A program made the position numbers and the translations under genes. A stretch of 64,000 bases of DNA from NCBI GenBank assembly GCA_963700285.1, contig CAVOXA010000004.1, positions 1-64,000 on the forward strand, read 5' to 3'. Positions 53,001 to 63,483 of this stretch are shown here, piece after piece. Positions within the stretch are counted from its first letter, which is position 1; each line of letters begins with the position of its first letter. This stretch comes from an uncultured Chloroflexia bacterium (lineage in GTDB: Bacteria > Chloroflexota > Anaerolineae > JAAYZQ01). A model generated the notes under the pieces. The model was not told the DNA's origin and ran no database searches. It worked only from the letters and a program-made list of their open reading frames with translations.

Positions 53001-56000
53001 ATGCCTGGAGTACGTCGAGCTGCACTGCCACAGCTATTTCTCCCTGCTCGACGGCGCCTCGTCGCCGGAGGCGCTGGTCGAGCGGGCGGCGGCGCTGGGC
53101 TACCCGGCGCTGGCCCTCACCGACCACGACGGGCTGTACGGCGCGGTGCGCTTCTGGCAGGCGGCCGAGGAGCGGGGCCTCAAGCCCATCATCGGCGCCG
53201 AGGTGACGCTGGACGGCGCCAGTCCACCGGGTCAACGCAACGGCCATCTGACCCTGCTGGCCGAGACCCAGCGCGGCTATGCCAACCTGTGCCGCCTGCT
53301 CAGCGCCGGGCAACTGGCCGGGCAGAAGGGGCAGCCCCGGCTGACGCTGGAGACGCTGGCCGGACACGCCGAGGGCCTGCATCTGCCTCTCCGGCTGCCG
53401 GCAGGGGGCGGTCCCCGCGGCGCTGCTGGCCAGAGACGAGGACGGAGCGCGCCGAGGCGGCAGGCCGCCTGCGCGACATCTTCGGCCCTGACCGCTTCTG
53501 GATCGAGCTCCAGCGCCACTACCTGCCCAGCGACGCCCGGCTGATCGCGGCGCTGGTCGCCCTGGCCCGCGAGCTGGGCGCTGGGCCTGGTGGCCACCAA
53601 CAACGTCCACTATGCCGAGCGGTCGGGCCAGCGGCTGCACGACGTCCTGACCTGCATCCGCCACCACACCACCCTGCCCGAGGCGCTGGCCGCGGGGCTG
53701 CTGCACCCCAACTCGGAGCAGTACCTCAAGTCGCCCGCGCGAGATGGCCGCCCTCTTTGCCGACCTGCCCCGAGGCGCTGCGCAACACCCTCCACATCGC
53801 CGAGCGGTGCGAGGTCAGCCTCGACTTCTCCGCCCAGCGGCTGCCCGCCTTTCCCGTGCCGGAGGGCCACACCCCGGACAGCTACCTGCGCCACCTGTGC
53901 GAGGCAGGGACTGCGCCGCCGGTTCGACCCGGTCACCGCCGCAGGCCCGGGCGCAACTGGCCCACGAGCTGGCCGTCATCGAGCGGCTGGGGCTGGCCGG
54001 CTACTTTCTCGTCGTCTGGGACATTGTCCGCTTTGCCCGCGAGCAGGGCATCCGCTGCCAGGGGCGGGGCTCGGCGGCCAACTCGCTGGTGGCCTACCTG
54101 CTGGGCATCACCCCGGTGGACCCGCTGCGCCACAACCTGCTCTTCGAGCGCTTCCTGAGCGAGGAGCGCGCACACCATGCCCGACATCGACGTCGATTTC
54201 GCCGCCGACCGCCGCGAGGAGGTGATCCAGTACGTCTACGAGCGCTACGGCGAGGAGCACGTGGGCATGGTCTGCAACGTGGTCACCTACCGCGCCCGCT
54301 CGGCGCTGCGCGACGTGGCCAAGGCGCTGGCCTTTCCGCCCGACGTGATCGACCGCGCGGCCAAGGCCCTCGACACCCGCTCGGCTGTCCAGGCCGCGGA
54401 CTCGCTGCCCGCGGTCCCCAGACCTCGAGGAGGCGATCGAGCTGCCCCCGCCGGACGGCGATGCTCCCTCCCCTGGCACCTGCTGTCCGATCTGCTGCGG
54501 CAGATGGACGGCGTGCCCCGCCACCTGTCCATCCACGTCGGCGGCATGATCATCACCGCCGCGCCCCTGGTCGAGGTCGTGCCCCTGGAGCGGGCGACGA
54601 TGCCCGGCCGCGTGGTCGTGCAGTGGGACAAGGACAGCGTCGAGGATGCCGGGCTGATCAAGATCGACCTGCTCTCGCCTGCGCACCCTGGGCGCGGTCG
54701 AGGAGGCGCTGGCGCCACATCCGGGCGCAGCGGGGGATCGAGCCTCGACCTGGACCGACCTGCCGCTGGACGACCCGGCGGTCTACGACCTGCTGCGGCG
54801 GGCCGACACGGTCGGCTGCTTCCAGGTGGAGAGCCGCGCCCAGGCGCAGATGCTGCCCAAGCTCCAGCCCGAGCTGCTTTGAGGACATTGTCGTCGGCGT
54901 GGCCCTCATCCGCCCGGCCCGATCCAGGGCGGCATGGTCCATCCCTACCTGCGCCGCCGCCAGGGGTTGGAGCCGGTGCACTATGCCCATCCCTCGCTGG
55001 AGCCGGTCGCTGGCCGAGACGCTGGGCGTGATCGTCTTCCAGGAGCAGGTGCTGCGGGTGGCCATGGCCGTCGCCGGGTTCACGCCCGGCCGAGGCCGAC
55101 CGGCTGCGCCGGGCCATGAGCCGCAGCCGCTCGGCAGCAGGCGATGGCCGCCCTGCGCGAGCGCTTTCTGGCCGGGGCGCGGGCCAACGGGCGTGGACGA
55201 GGCGACGGCGGAGGAGATCTGGCAGCAGTTGGCGGGCTTCGCCGGGTTTGGCTTCTGCAAGTCCCACGCCGCCGCCTTTGCCCTGGTGGCCTACCAGACG
55301 CTCTACCTCAAGGCCCACTACCCGGCCGAGTTCTACTGCGCCCTGCTCAACCACCAGCCGATGGGCTTTTACCCGCCGGAGGTGCTCGTCGGCGATGCCC
55401 GGCGCCACGGGGTGCCGGTCCTGCGGCCCGACGTCAATCGCAGCCAGGCGGCCTGCACTTTGGAGCGGGGAGATGACCGGCGATTGGCGCGTGCGCCTGG
55501 GCTTGCGCTACGTCCACGGCCTGGGCGAGGCGTGGCAGGAGCGGATCGTCGAGCGGCGGGGCGAGCGAGCCGTTCCGCGACCTGGCCGACTTTTGCCGGC
55601 GGACGCGCCTGCCCCGGCCGCTGGTGGAGAACCTGATCCGGGCCGGGGCGCTGGACGGCCTGGGGCCGGCGCGGCGGGACCTGCTGTGGGCGCTCGGCGG
55701 GCTGGCCTACCAGGAGGAGGGGCTGGACCTCGACGTGCCGGTGGTGGCGGTCGACGCTGCCGGCGCTGGGCGAGGCGGAGCGGATGGCCTGGGAGTACGA
55801 GCTGCTGGGCCTGGCGCCCGGCGACCAGGTGATGAGCCTCTACCGGGAGGCGCTGCGGGCGCAGGGGGTGCTGACCAGCGGCGAGCTGGCCGTCGCGGCG
55901 GGATGGGGAGCGGGTGCGGGTGGCCGGCTTGGCCGTCGTCCGCCAGCGCCCGCCGACGGCCAAGGGGCACCTGTTCGTCACCCTGGAGGACGAGGAGGGG

Positions 56001-56147
56001 CTGGTCAACCTGATCGTGCGGCCCGACGTGTACGAGCGGTACCGGGACGCGCTGCGCAACGCGCCGCTGCTGTGGGTCGAGGGGCGCCTGCAGCGGGAGG
56101 GGCAGGCGCTGAGCGTGCTGGTTTACCGGGCGGGGGCGGTGGGGTGA
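53001..56147 (+). CDS. dnaE2: Error-prone DNA polymerase III alpha DnaE2 (many frameshifts)
   Basis: [52 protein letters not shown] and [14 protein letters not shown] motifs. Confidence 0.92.
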
Positions 56148-56270
56148 GGGGGAGAGGGTGTGCATGACCTGCACCTCACACATCCTACTGCCAAGGAATT
56201 GATGACCGTCTTGACGATTCTGGGGAATCCTGCTACAGCGATTCAATCATTGTGTGGCAAAGGCAAGCTG

Positions 56271-56726
56271 TTAGTCCGGTACGACCTGCCAAAAGTCGAG
56301 TGCGGACTTGGCCTGTTCGACCATTTCGTCGGGGATGCGGACGTACACGCCGTTGCCTTCGACCAGGACTGTGCCGTCGGGCAGCCGGATCTCGCCCTTG
56401 GCCTCGTAGGTCCGAGAGCGACTACGAGTCAGTTCACCGATGACCGTCAACTCCTGGTCCAACGGTACCGGCTTACTGAATTTGATCTCCAGGCGACCGG
56501 TCATGGCCCAGACGTTGCGATGAGTCAAGACCCTGCCCATAGTCTCATCAAGCAGAGTGCTAATCAGACCGCCATGCAGCTGGCCGGGATAGCCCTGGTG
56601 TTCTGGCCGCGGCTGGAAGCGGCCGATGCATCGCCCCTCGTCGTCGGTGTAGAACTTGAGCTTCAGGCCTATGGGATTCTCGATGCCGCAGACGAAACAC
56701 ATGCGGGAGTTGGGTTGTTTTTCCAT
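56271..56726 (-). CDS. PaaI thioesterase, copy 2
   Basis: Paralog of 48935-49390 with the same promoter block. Confidence 0.92.
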   Translation of the reverse strand: MEKQPNSRMCFVCGIENPIGLKLKFYTDDEGRCIGRFQPRPEHQGYPGQLHGGLISTLLDETMGRVLTHRNVWAMTGRLEIKFSKPVPLDQELTVIGELTRSRSRTYEAKGEIRLPDGTVLVEGNGVYVRIPDEMVEQAKSALDFWQVVPD

Positions 56727-56871
56727 GATCTCTTCTCCTTGTGCCTGCCGGCATTATAGCATCGCCGCGGGGTTTGGGCAAACGTGACGCCCCGGCAATA
56801 TCCTTGACTTTGTTCTGCCTTTCTGCTATACTGTCTATCAGGTATACAGTTTGAAACGGGAGGTAGAGAGC

Positions 56872-57126
56872 ATGGACAGCACGACCGTTCAAATGGCAAA
56901 AAGGGGAGTGATCACAATTCCTCAACCGATCCGAGAGTCCTATGGAATGCAGCCTGGCGATACGTTTACACTCCTGGACCTGGGCGGTGTCCTGGTGCTG
57001 AGTCCGCGGCGTTCTGAGATCGACGTGCTCGCGGAGCGGATACGCACACAATGGACCGAGAAGGGGGACACGCTAGAGACGATGCTGCAGGCTCTGCGCG
57101 AGGAGCGGGATCGTCGTGGACGCTGA
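56872..57126 (+). CDS. AbrB/MazE-family antitoxin
   Basis: KRGVITIP..IRE.YGM.PGD; promoter TTGACT-17-TATACT at 56804-56832. Confidence 0.88.
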   Translation: MDSTTVQMAKRGVITIPQPIRESYGMQPGDTFTLLDLGGVLVLSPRRSEIDVLAERIRTQWTEKGDTLETMLQALREERDRRGR

Positions 57127-57619
57127 GCCGCGGGTGTTCCTGGATACCAGTGTGTTGTTCGCGGCCGTTTGGTCCGAGAGTGGTGGGTCACGCCTGATCC
57201 TCAAGCTGGGCGAGGCCGGAGCCATAGCGTTGTGGGTAGGCCCCACCGTTCTGAGGGAGGCCGAGGCGGTGCTGAGACGCAAATCGCCGGAAAGCCGCCC
57301 GCACATGGCCCTGCTACTGGATCGCGCACAGGTGCGGGTCGGGCCTGAGGCTGAAGACCAGGCCTTGGCGCTAACACGATCAGCCGTGGACTATGTGCCT
57401 GATGCCCAAGTGCTGGCCGAGGCTGTGGAGATAGGGGCGAACTACTTTGTTTCGCTTGACCAGAAGCATCTCGTAGGAAACCCACGGACAGAGCACTTGT
57501 TTCCGGTTGGGACCCCAGGGGACTTTCTGGGTTGGTATCGGCAGCATTTGATGGAAGGTGAGCCTGCTCAGCCAGGGGACCAAGGCGAACAGGCCGAAAT
57601 CGCTCGCTCTACACAGTAG
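57116..57619 (+). CDS. PIN-domain toxin
   Basis: VFLDTSVL..VLRE..PDAQVL..FVSLD.KHL. Confidence 0.88.
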   Translation: MDAEPRVFLDTSVLFAAVWSESGGSRLILKLGEAGAIALWVGPTVLREAEAVLRRKSPESRPHMALLLDRAQVRVGPEAEDQALALTRSAVDYVPDAQVLAEAVEIGANYFVSLDQKHLVGNPRTEHLFPVGTPGDFLGWYRQHLMEGEPAQPGDQGEQAEIARSTQ

Positions 57620-57625
57620 TTGGCC
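57558..57625 (+). other. attI-like recombination site A
   Basis: Homologous to 58559-58626 and 62464-62530; ends in GTTGGCC, complementary to GGCCAAC at 58158. Confidence 0.55.
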
Positions 57626-57650
57626 GGCGAGAAGGGGGAATACGAAGTAC

Positions 57651-58187
57651 ATGGATCCAAAGATCGTCATCAGGAGCGAGACCGGTGCCGATATAGGCGC
57701 GATAACCGAGGTGACCGTCGCCGCGTTCAACACCCTGGAGATCAGCAATCACACCGAGCAGTTCATCATCGAGGCACTACGCGCCGCCAAGGCCCTCTCG
57801 GTATCGCTCGTCGCAGAACTCGATGGCTGTGTAGTCGGTCATATTGCCTTCTCTCCTGTGACCATTTCAGACGGCACTCGGAACTGGTACGGCCTTGGAC
57901 CTGTGTCGGTGTTGCCGGCATACCAGCGGCAGGGCATTGGCAAAGCCCTGATAAGGGAAGGGCTGTCACGGCTGAGAGATATGAACGCTCAAGGATGTTG
58001 TCTCGTGGGACATCCGGATTACTACAGGAGATTCGGGTTCGAGAACACGTCGGGACTTGTGCACGAGGAAGTGCCCCAGGAGGTCTTTTTCGCTCTGTCT
58101 TTCGACGGGCATACTCCGCAGGGTGCTGTCACTTTCCACGAAGGATTTAGAACGGATGGCCAACCAGGGGGTACAGGCGACGCTTGA
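57651..58187 (+). CDS. GNAT N-acetyltransferase (YhbS-like), gene cassette
   Basis: IRSET..VVGHIAFSP..LGPVSVLP.YQRQGIG..GHPDYYRRFGF; followed by the left arm of an attC. Confidence 0.9.
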   Translation: MDPKIVIRSETGADIGAITEVTVAAFNTLEISNHTEQFIIEALRAAKALSVSLVAELDGCVVGHIAFSPVTISDGTRNWYGLGPVSVLPAYQRQGIGKALIREGLSRLRDMNAQGCCLVGHPDYYRRFGFENTSGLVHEEVPQEVFFALSFDGHTPQGAVTFHEGFRTDGQPGGTGDA

Positions 58188-58287
58188 CGCAACGGCCCTC
58201 GTCGCCGGTGTGGAACCTGAGCTTGAGGCCGGTGGGGTTCTCGATGCCGCAGACGAAACACATGTGCGAGTTGGGTTGTTTGTCCAT
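58187..58287 (-). pseudogene. PaaI thioesterase copy 3, 5' fragment
   Basis: MDKQPNSHMCFVCGIENPTGLKLRFHTGDEGRC then truncated; same promoter block upstream. Confidence 0.85.
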
Positions 58288-58431
58288 GAACGCTCCTCCT
58301 TGTGCCGCCTGCATTATAGCATCGAGGCGGGGTTTGGGCAAACCTCTCCGCTTGGCAACCCCATTCCCAATCGGCGTCGGGACACTTGCGTCCCGGGTCA
58401 TCGGTTCTCCTCCATGGGCTGACTCATCCGC

Positions 58432-58460
58432 TTGACGGAAAGAGATTTCGGGCGTACAAT
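58432..58460 (+). promoter_or_regulatory. Cassette-array (Pc-like) promoter
   Basis: TTGACG-17-TACAAT upstream of attI-like site B. Confidence 0.6.
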
Positions 58461-58558
58461 ATCGCCATCGTCCGACTGCACAGCGACCGGATTGCCCACC
58501 AAGGTCTCGGATACTAGGGCCGGAATTCGGCATAAGTCAATCCTTCGGGCATGTGATA

Positions 58559-58626
58559 CTGAGCTTTTTCAGTATATGAACCCAGGCAGATAGGCCGGAT
58601 TATTTCGGTCCACTCAATAGTTAGGC
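58559..58626 (+). other. attI-like recombination site B
   Basis: Ends in the GTTAGGC core, exactly complementary to GCCTAAC of the next attC; not itself palindromic. Confidence 0.6.
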
Positions 58627-58701
58627 GCTTTCATTCGCAAACCGTAACAGGTGAAATGGCGGCACCAGCGCTATTCCACACACAGGAAAGGGGAACATGC
58701 G

Positions 58702-59130
58702 ATGTCACTCGAAGCATTCAAAGCCAAGATCCGTTGGGCCGGTCAGGAGGCGTGGATGAAGGGTAACGTGGATGCCCTGCGAAAAGTCTACGCTGCCGAC
58801 TATCTCTGTCACAGACCCCCCTTCCCAGATGTCAGGGGAGTCGAGGAATCCATAGGATACATCGCCGCCACCAGGGGCGCCTACTCTGACATTCAGCTCG
58901 AGTACGAAGACATGATCTGCGAGGGGGATACGATTGCCTACCGCACCACCTGGCGGGCCAGGCACACCGGCCAATCGCCGACGATTCCCATTCCGCCCAC
59001 CGGTAAGGAGATCGTGTTGCAGTCGTGTTCCATCATCCACGTGGTGGACGGCAAGATCGCTGAGGAGTATGAGCTTTCGGATTACCTGGGCTTTCTGCAG
59101 CAGCTAGGCGTCGTCCCGCCACTGGGATAG
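58702..59130 (+). CDS. SnoaL-like ester cyclase, gene cassette
   Basis: AYSDI..EDMICEGD..HTG..IPPTGK..DGKIAE..D.LG.LQQLG. Confidence 0.88.
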   Translation: MSLEAFKAKIRWAGQEAWMKGNVDALRKVYAADYLCHRPPFPDVRGVEESIGYIAATRGAYSDIQLEYEDMICEGDTIAYRTTWRARHTGQSPTIPIPPTGKEIVLQSCSIIHVVDGKIAEEYELSDYLGFLQQLGVVPPLG

Positions 59131-59271
59131 AAAAGGGCGCTCCGCTCAAAAGCCCATCTGCCTATGGCGGCGAGTTGGAAAAAGGCCAAGGCTGGTTGCC
59201 GCCGCATCGCCTGCCGAACCTGAGCACGCAAGGCAGAGGGCCTATCAAGGCAAGAATTGAGGGCGCGTCGC

Positions 59272-59343
<72 letters not shown>

Positions 59344-59394
59344 GGCTTGATGACCGCTGAGTGACACCAGCAGATTCACAAAACAGGAGATTCC

Positions 59395-59985
59395 ATGAAA
59401 ACAATCATCGCAGAGTTCATAAGCCTCGACGGTGTCGTGCAAGCTCCCGGAGGAGCAACCGAAGACACGGACGGCGGATTCGCGCACGGCGGATGGTCGA
59501 TGAAGTATTTTGACCCTGAAGTTATGGGCGGCACTTATGACGAAATCGCGCGAAACAGCGACGCTCTTCTGCAGGGACGTCGCACCTATCAGGTCTCGGC
59601 CGAAGCGTGGCCCAGCCGCTCGGGCGATACGTTCACCGATTGGATCAATCGCGTGCAGAAGTACGTCGTGTCCAATACGCTCACCGAGAAGGACGCGACG
59701 TGGAGCCCGACCACGATCATTCGTGGCGACGACTTCGTCAGAACCGTGTCCGAACTACGCGCGCGGCCGGGGGGCTACATCTACGTGTATGGCAGCGCGA
59801 CGATGGTCCGGTCGTTGCTTGCGGCGGACTTGGTCGACGAGTTGTTGCTCACAATCGAGCCGATCATCCTCGGTGGGGGGAAAACGATCTTCACCCGTGA
59901 CGGAAAGGCGATCCCGTTCACGCTCGAGTCGACAGTCAAGGCCAGCACCGGCGCGCAGGTTTGCCGATATGTTCGTGCGCGGTAG
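59395..59985 (+). CDS. DHFR/RibD-C family protein, gene cassette
   Basis: FISLDGVVQAPGG..GRRTY..KYVVSNTL..PIILGGGK. Confidence 0.9.
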   Translation: MKTIIAEFISLDGVVQAPGGATEDTDGGFAHGGWSMKYFDPEVMGGTYDEIARNSDALLQGRRTYQVSAEAWPSRSGDTFTDWINRVQKYVVSNTLTEKDATWSPTTIIRGDDFVRTVSELRARPGGYIYVYGSATMVRSLLAADLVDELLLTIEPIILGGGKTIFTRDGKAIPFTLESTVKASTGAQVCRYVRAR

Positions 59986-60000
59986 CCCATATAGTGTGCC

Positions 60001-60064
60001 GGCTAACAACCGGTTGCAGCGGACGGTCCGCTGCGCGGCCCGCCGCCGAACCGGAGCGTTGGGC
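60001..60064 (+). mobile_element. Integron attC site
   Basis: GGCTAAC..CCGGTTGCAGCGG..CCGCCGAACCGG..GTTGGGC; inverse core is complementary to the GTTAGCC that opens this cassette. Confidence 0.9.
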
Positions 60065-60209
60065 GGCAGGCCAGGCCTACTGCATAAGGTTAGTATTACG
60101 GCGGGGTGGCGGGCGGCCCCGCACACAAGGGTTGCTCCAGAACGGTGGTGCGCGCGTGCCGGCCATCGCCGCCCTCCCGTAAGCCCCGGTGGGTCGGTCG
60201 CCGCGCCTA

Positions 60210-61470
60210 TGTTTGTCAAACTAGAAGTGACCCACTTGATAACCGAAAAATGTACCACCTGACGCCACTCAACCTACTTTGACAGTTGGACGTGACGATC
60301 AGCGAGCCGCGCAGGTAGCGCTGGCTGATGAAGGAGAAGAGCATCTGCGCCCCCCGCTGGCTGAACGGCACAAAGCCCACCTCGTCGACGATGATCTGGT
60401 CCTGCTTCATGAGCCACGACTCCAGCTTGCTGAGACGATGGGTTTCCTGGGCCTCAAGCAGGTCGTTGATCAACCCGGCAGCGGTATAGAAGCGCACGCG
60501 GCGCCCCTGTTCACAGGCCATGAGCCCCAGGGCGATGGCCACGTGCGTCTTTCCCGTGCCGATGGCGCCGATCATGGCGATGTTCTCCCGGTGCTCCAGG
60601 TACTCACCGCGGGCCAGGGCCAGGACCTTGCTCTGGCTCAGACCCGGAATGGCCTGGAACTCGAACTCCTCCAGCGTTCGCAGCACCGGAAAGCGCGCCT
60701 CCAGTACGCGCCGCTTGCGGCGGTTCACGTCCCGCTAGCTGATTCCGTGCTCCAGCAAAGCCAGCCGGCACTCCTCGTACGGCTGCCTGCTCTGGGCTGC
60801 CTCTTGGGCGAACTTGCGGTAGTTGGCCACCGCGGTCGGCAGGCGCAGCTGGCGCAGGACGATGGGCAAGCGAATGTCAACGCTCATCACTCACCTCCTG
60901 CCTGGCCCGCCAACAGGCGGTCGAATTGGCGCAGTTCGGGCCAGGCCACCTGGCCCTCGTTCAGGTGCGGCCACTGGGTCAAATCCAGGGCACCTGCCGG
61001 TTGGGCAGGCTCTGTCAGGCACAGAATGAGCTGCTTGGCGCCGTCAGCCGAGAAGCAGTGACCGGTCAGGGCTTGCTCCAGAGCCTGGGCGATGAGCGCC
61101 TCGGGATGGACCTCGTGCAGGCGCAGGACGCGCACGAACTCCTTGGTCGCCAGGGACGTCGAGAGATGCTCCCGCAGCGCCGCCAGATAGCGGTTGTAGA
61201 CCTCGTGCCAGCATTTCTGCCACTCCAGGATGGGCTTAGCCTGCTCCCAGGCGCCCGGCCGCTGCTCCAGGACGGTCAGATAGTGCATGGCGTTCAGGAT
61301 GTCCTGTTCGCGTCCATAGCAGCGCGGGTGCACGGCCAGCGTCTTGCGGCCGTTGCCGATCTCCACTCGGTGGACAAAGGCCCGCAGCCAGAGGGCCTCG
61401 TGTGCATGGTCCGCAGGCACCGAGTAGCGATTGGTCTGGAAACGGACCAGGCCAACGTCGTCAGGCTGGA
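60210..61470 (-). mobile_element. IS21-family remnant: istA 3' part (60887-~61470), truncated istB (~60285-60887) and a probable terminal repeat
   Basis: NRYSVP..HPRCY..HYL..LEQRPGA IstA motifs; GAIGTGKTH, IVDEVGF and LIVTSN IstB motifs; TGTTTGTCAAACTAGAAGTGACCCAC end at 60210. Confidence 0.85.
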
Positions 61471-61475
61471 CAGCT

Positions 61476-62114
61476 GGCTGGCCTCTTCCCTCCCCGCGCT
61501 TGAGCGAGCCCTGGCCTATGTTCAAGACGATGAGAAGCATTGGGATGCGAAGCACTCTCTGGTGAAGCGTCAGCACAGTCGGGGGCGAGCTCTGCCGTGC
61601 CGCTTTCTGGTTCGGTCGCGAGTCCTATGGCACCGAACTGCTGCGCCAGTATGCCCGGCATTTGAAGCAGAGCGGCGGCGTGCACGTGTGGTATTGGCCA
61701 AATGGCGAACCGGGGTTTACAACTACGAATGAAGTTCCGTACGCGTCCTGGGGCATGGCGGAGTGGTTGAGTGCCGCCATTGAGGGGTTGGCTGGTGTTC
61801 ACGACGATTCCGGGCAGTTGCGCAACGTCACCGTCTCACCACGAGGGGCAGCAGCCGGCGTGAGCAGCGTGCATGTGATCGTCCGCTACGCGCCCTCGAA
61901 GGCTTACTGCGCTTACCTGATGCAAATTGATGAGGAGACAGAAACCATTCGCCTATTCTGTACAGGTTCAGGGAAGCAGGTGGCTGCAGGAATCCTCCTT
62001 CCCGACCCGTGGGTTCCCGTGGCGGTCATCCAGGGGGGGCTCCTTGACGCATACCACGACAATCGAGGACGCGTCGCGCTACGTGCCCTTTGCTCTGCCC
62101 ATTCCGGATGTTGA
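61476..62114 (+). pseudogene. Fragment of a probable (alpha/alpha)6 glycoside hydrolase
   Basis: No start, frame change near 61590; WGMAEWLSAAIEGLAGV.D..VTVSPR pattern. Confidence 0.4.
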
Positions 62115-62322
62115 CCCGGTTGTGATTCAATGCCGAAACGCCAACTCGGCAGCAGCATGAACGGAGAGTTCTGGCCAACAAGCCGGGTGCACGGTACCCA
62201 CTGGGGCGCGCGGACGCACCCCAGCGGTCCCGTGACCCGCGACGTTGGGCATCACGCATTGGCTTTGGACAAACCCCCCTGATGGCAGCTCGGATGGGTC
62301 CTTGAACATTGGAGAACCTTTT

Positions 62323-62432
62323 TCATACTATTTACATGATATTAACTTGACAAAGCATCTGGCAGGGTGTATAGTGTGAGCAGCTTTGACTGGCGCCGGA
62401 TCTGTTCACATGCAGTCGCCTGGAGAAAGTCC
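62323..62432 (+). promoter_or_regulatory. Promoter plus leader homologous to 48695-48810
   Basis: TTGACA-17-TATAGT; shares ATACTATTTAC..TTGACAAAGCATCTGGC..GACTGGCGC..TGCAGTCGCCTGGAGAA. Confidence 0.7.
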
Positions 62433-62463
62433 TGGAAGTGATACTCTCCGCGAAAAGTCTATA

Positions 62464-62530
62464 CCGAACCTGCTCACTCCAGGGACCCGGTAGACGGGCC
62501 AAAGTCGTTCGGTCTACTCAATTCTTGGGC
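62464..62530 (+). other. attI-like recombination site C (degenerate core CTTGGGC)
   Basis: Aligns to sites A and B with one gap. Confidence 0.5.
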
Positions 62531-62592
62531 TGCCTGGCGGGCAGCTTTGGCGAGCTCCGGTCAAAGACCAATTCTTACACCCGAGGTGCCCG

Positions 62593-63009
62593 TTGCAGGA
62601 CGAGGATGCGGTTCGAGAGCTTGAGGAGTTGTACGACGAATCCTGGAATCGCGGGGACGTCGATGCGCTCCTCTATTGCCTGACTGATGATGCACTCATT
62701 GTGGATCCGCTTGGCAGGGTCGCACGAGGTCACGACGAGATACGCCATCTGCTGGCCCCATTGATGGGCCCGGCTGGGGGTGATTCCACACACAAGTCCG
62801 AGCTCGTCCGCGTCGAGTTCGTCACACCCGACATCGCCCTGGTCGATGGACGTGCGCATATCGAGGTTCCAGTGCTGGGAGAGGGGAACGCTCCGTCGGA
62901 TCGCTTCCACCGATTCACCGATATGGTCGTAAGGCGAGAAGGCCAGTGGAAGATCGCCCACATCCGCGCGTGCCCGCTAGAGACAGACGGGTCAAGAGGA
63001 CCGGATTGA
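62593..63009 (+). CDS. SgcJ/EcaC-like NTF2-fold protein, gene cassette
   Basis: WNRGDVDAL..TDDA..G.VARG..I..PDIALV..GQWKIAH; start uncertain. Confidence 0.8.
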   Translation: MQDEDAVRELEELYDESWNRGDVDALLYCLTDDALIVDPLGRVARGHDEIRHLLAPLMGPAGGDSTHKSELVRVEFVTPDIALVDGRAHIEVPVLGEGNAPSDRFHRFTDMVVRREGQWKIAHIRACPLETDGSRGPD

Positions 63010-63021
63010 GATCGCAAAGCG

Positions 63022-63141
63022 GTCCAACAACTTGCTGAAGCCGACTCGGCTGGCAGGCGAAAACGCAGTGGCGCCTGCCCTCCCGACCTGGCCTAGAACG
63101 AAGGAAGGACGCCCGAGCCGCCGAGCTCAAGGCCGCTAGGC
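63022..63141 (+). mobile_element. Integron attC site (long, degenerate core)
   Basis: GTCCAAC..CTTGCTGAAGCCGACTCGG..CCGAGCCGCCGAGCTCAAG..GCTAGGC. Confidence 0.7.
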
Positions 63142-63219
63142 GGTGCATATGATTGCAGTGCGGGTCCGCACTCGAACTGCGCCGAGGTTTCCAACCCAAT
63201 TCACAATGAGCAGGTTTCC

Positions 63220-63483
63220 ATGAGCACAAAAAACGACACGCCAAAGTCCCCCAAGAGCACCACAGCGAGTGGCAAGAAGCCTGAGGGGTTCACGGACGAG
63301 GAACGAGCGGCGATGAAGGAGCGCGCCAAAGAGCTGAAGGCGGAAGCGCGCGCGGAGAAGAACAGGGCGGTGGGGTTTGAAGCGGAGAGCACGAATCCCC
63401 TTGAAATGCAGCGCAGCGGCTGGCAGGCCATCTTGGACAATTTCAAAGAATACGTGGAGGGAGAGCACCATGACAAAGTTTAA
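63220..63483 (+). pseudogene. DUF1801 N-terminus fused to an SRPBCC/AHSA1 C-terminus
   Basis: [22 protein letters not shown] joined to FEAESTNPLEMQRSGWQAILDNFKEYVE. Confidence 0.7.

Noticed and set aside
50712-56147. Programmed frameshifting or a dead imu cassette
   Set aside because: Dense indels in very GC-rich DNA with all motifs retained and an intact LexA promoter are best explained by sequencing error.
58340-58420. Remnant intI start (MTRDASVPTP...) divergent from the Pc-like promoter
   Set aside because: Position and RBS are suggestive, but only about 20 codons remain and no tyrosine-recombinase motif is visible.
62378-62480. 6S RNA or known riboswitch
   Set aside because: No family consensus recognised. 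The segment is explained by the duplicated DUF1801 leader plus attI-like site C.
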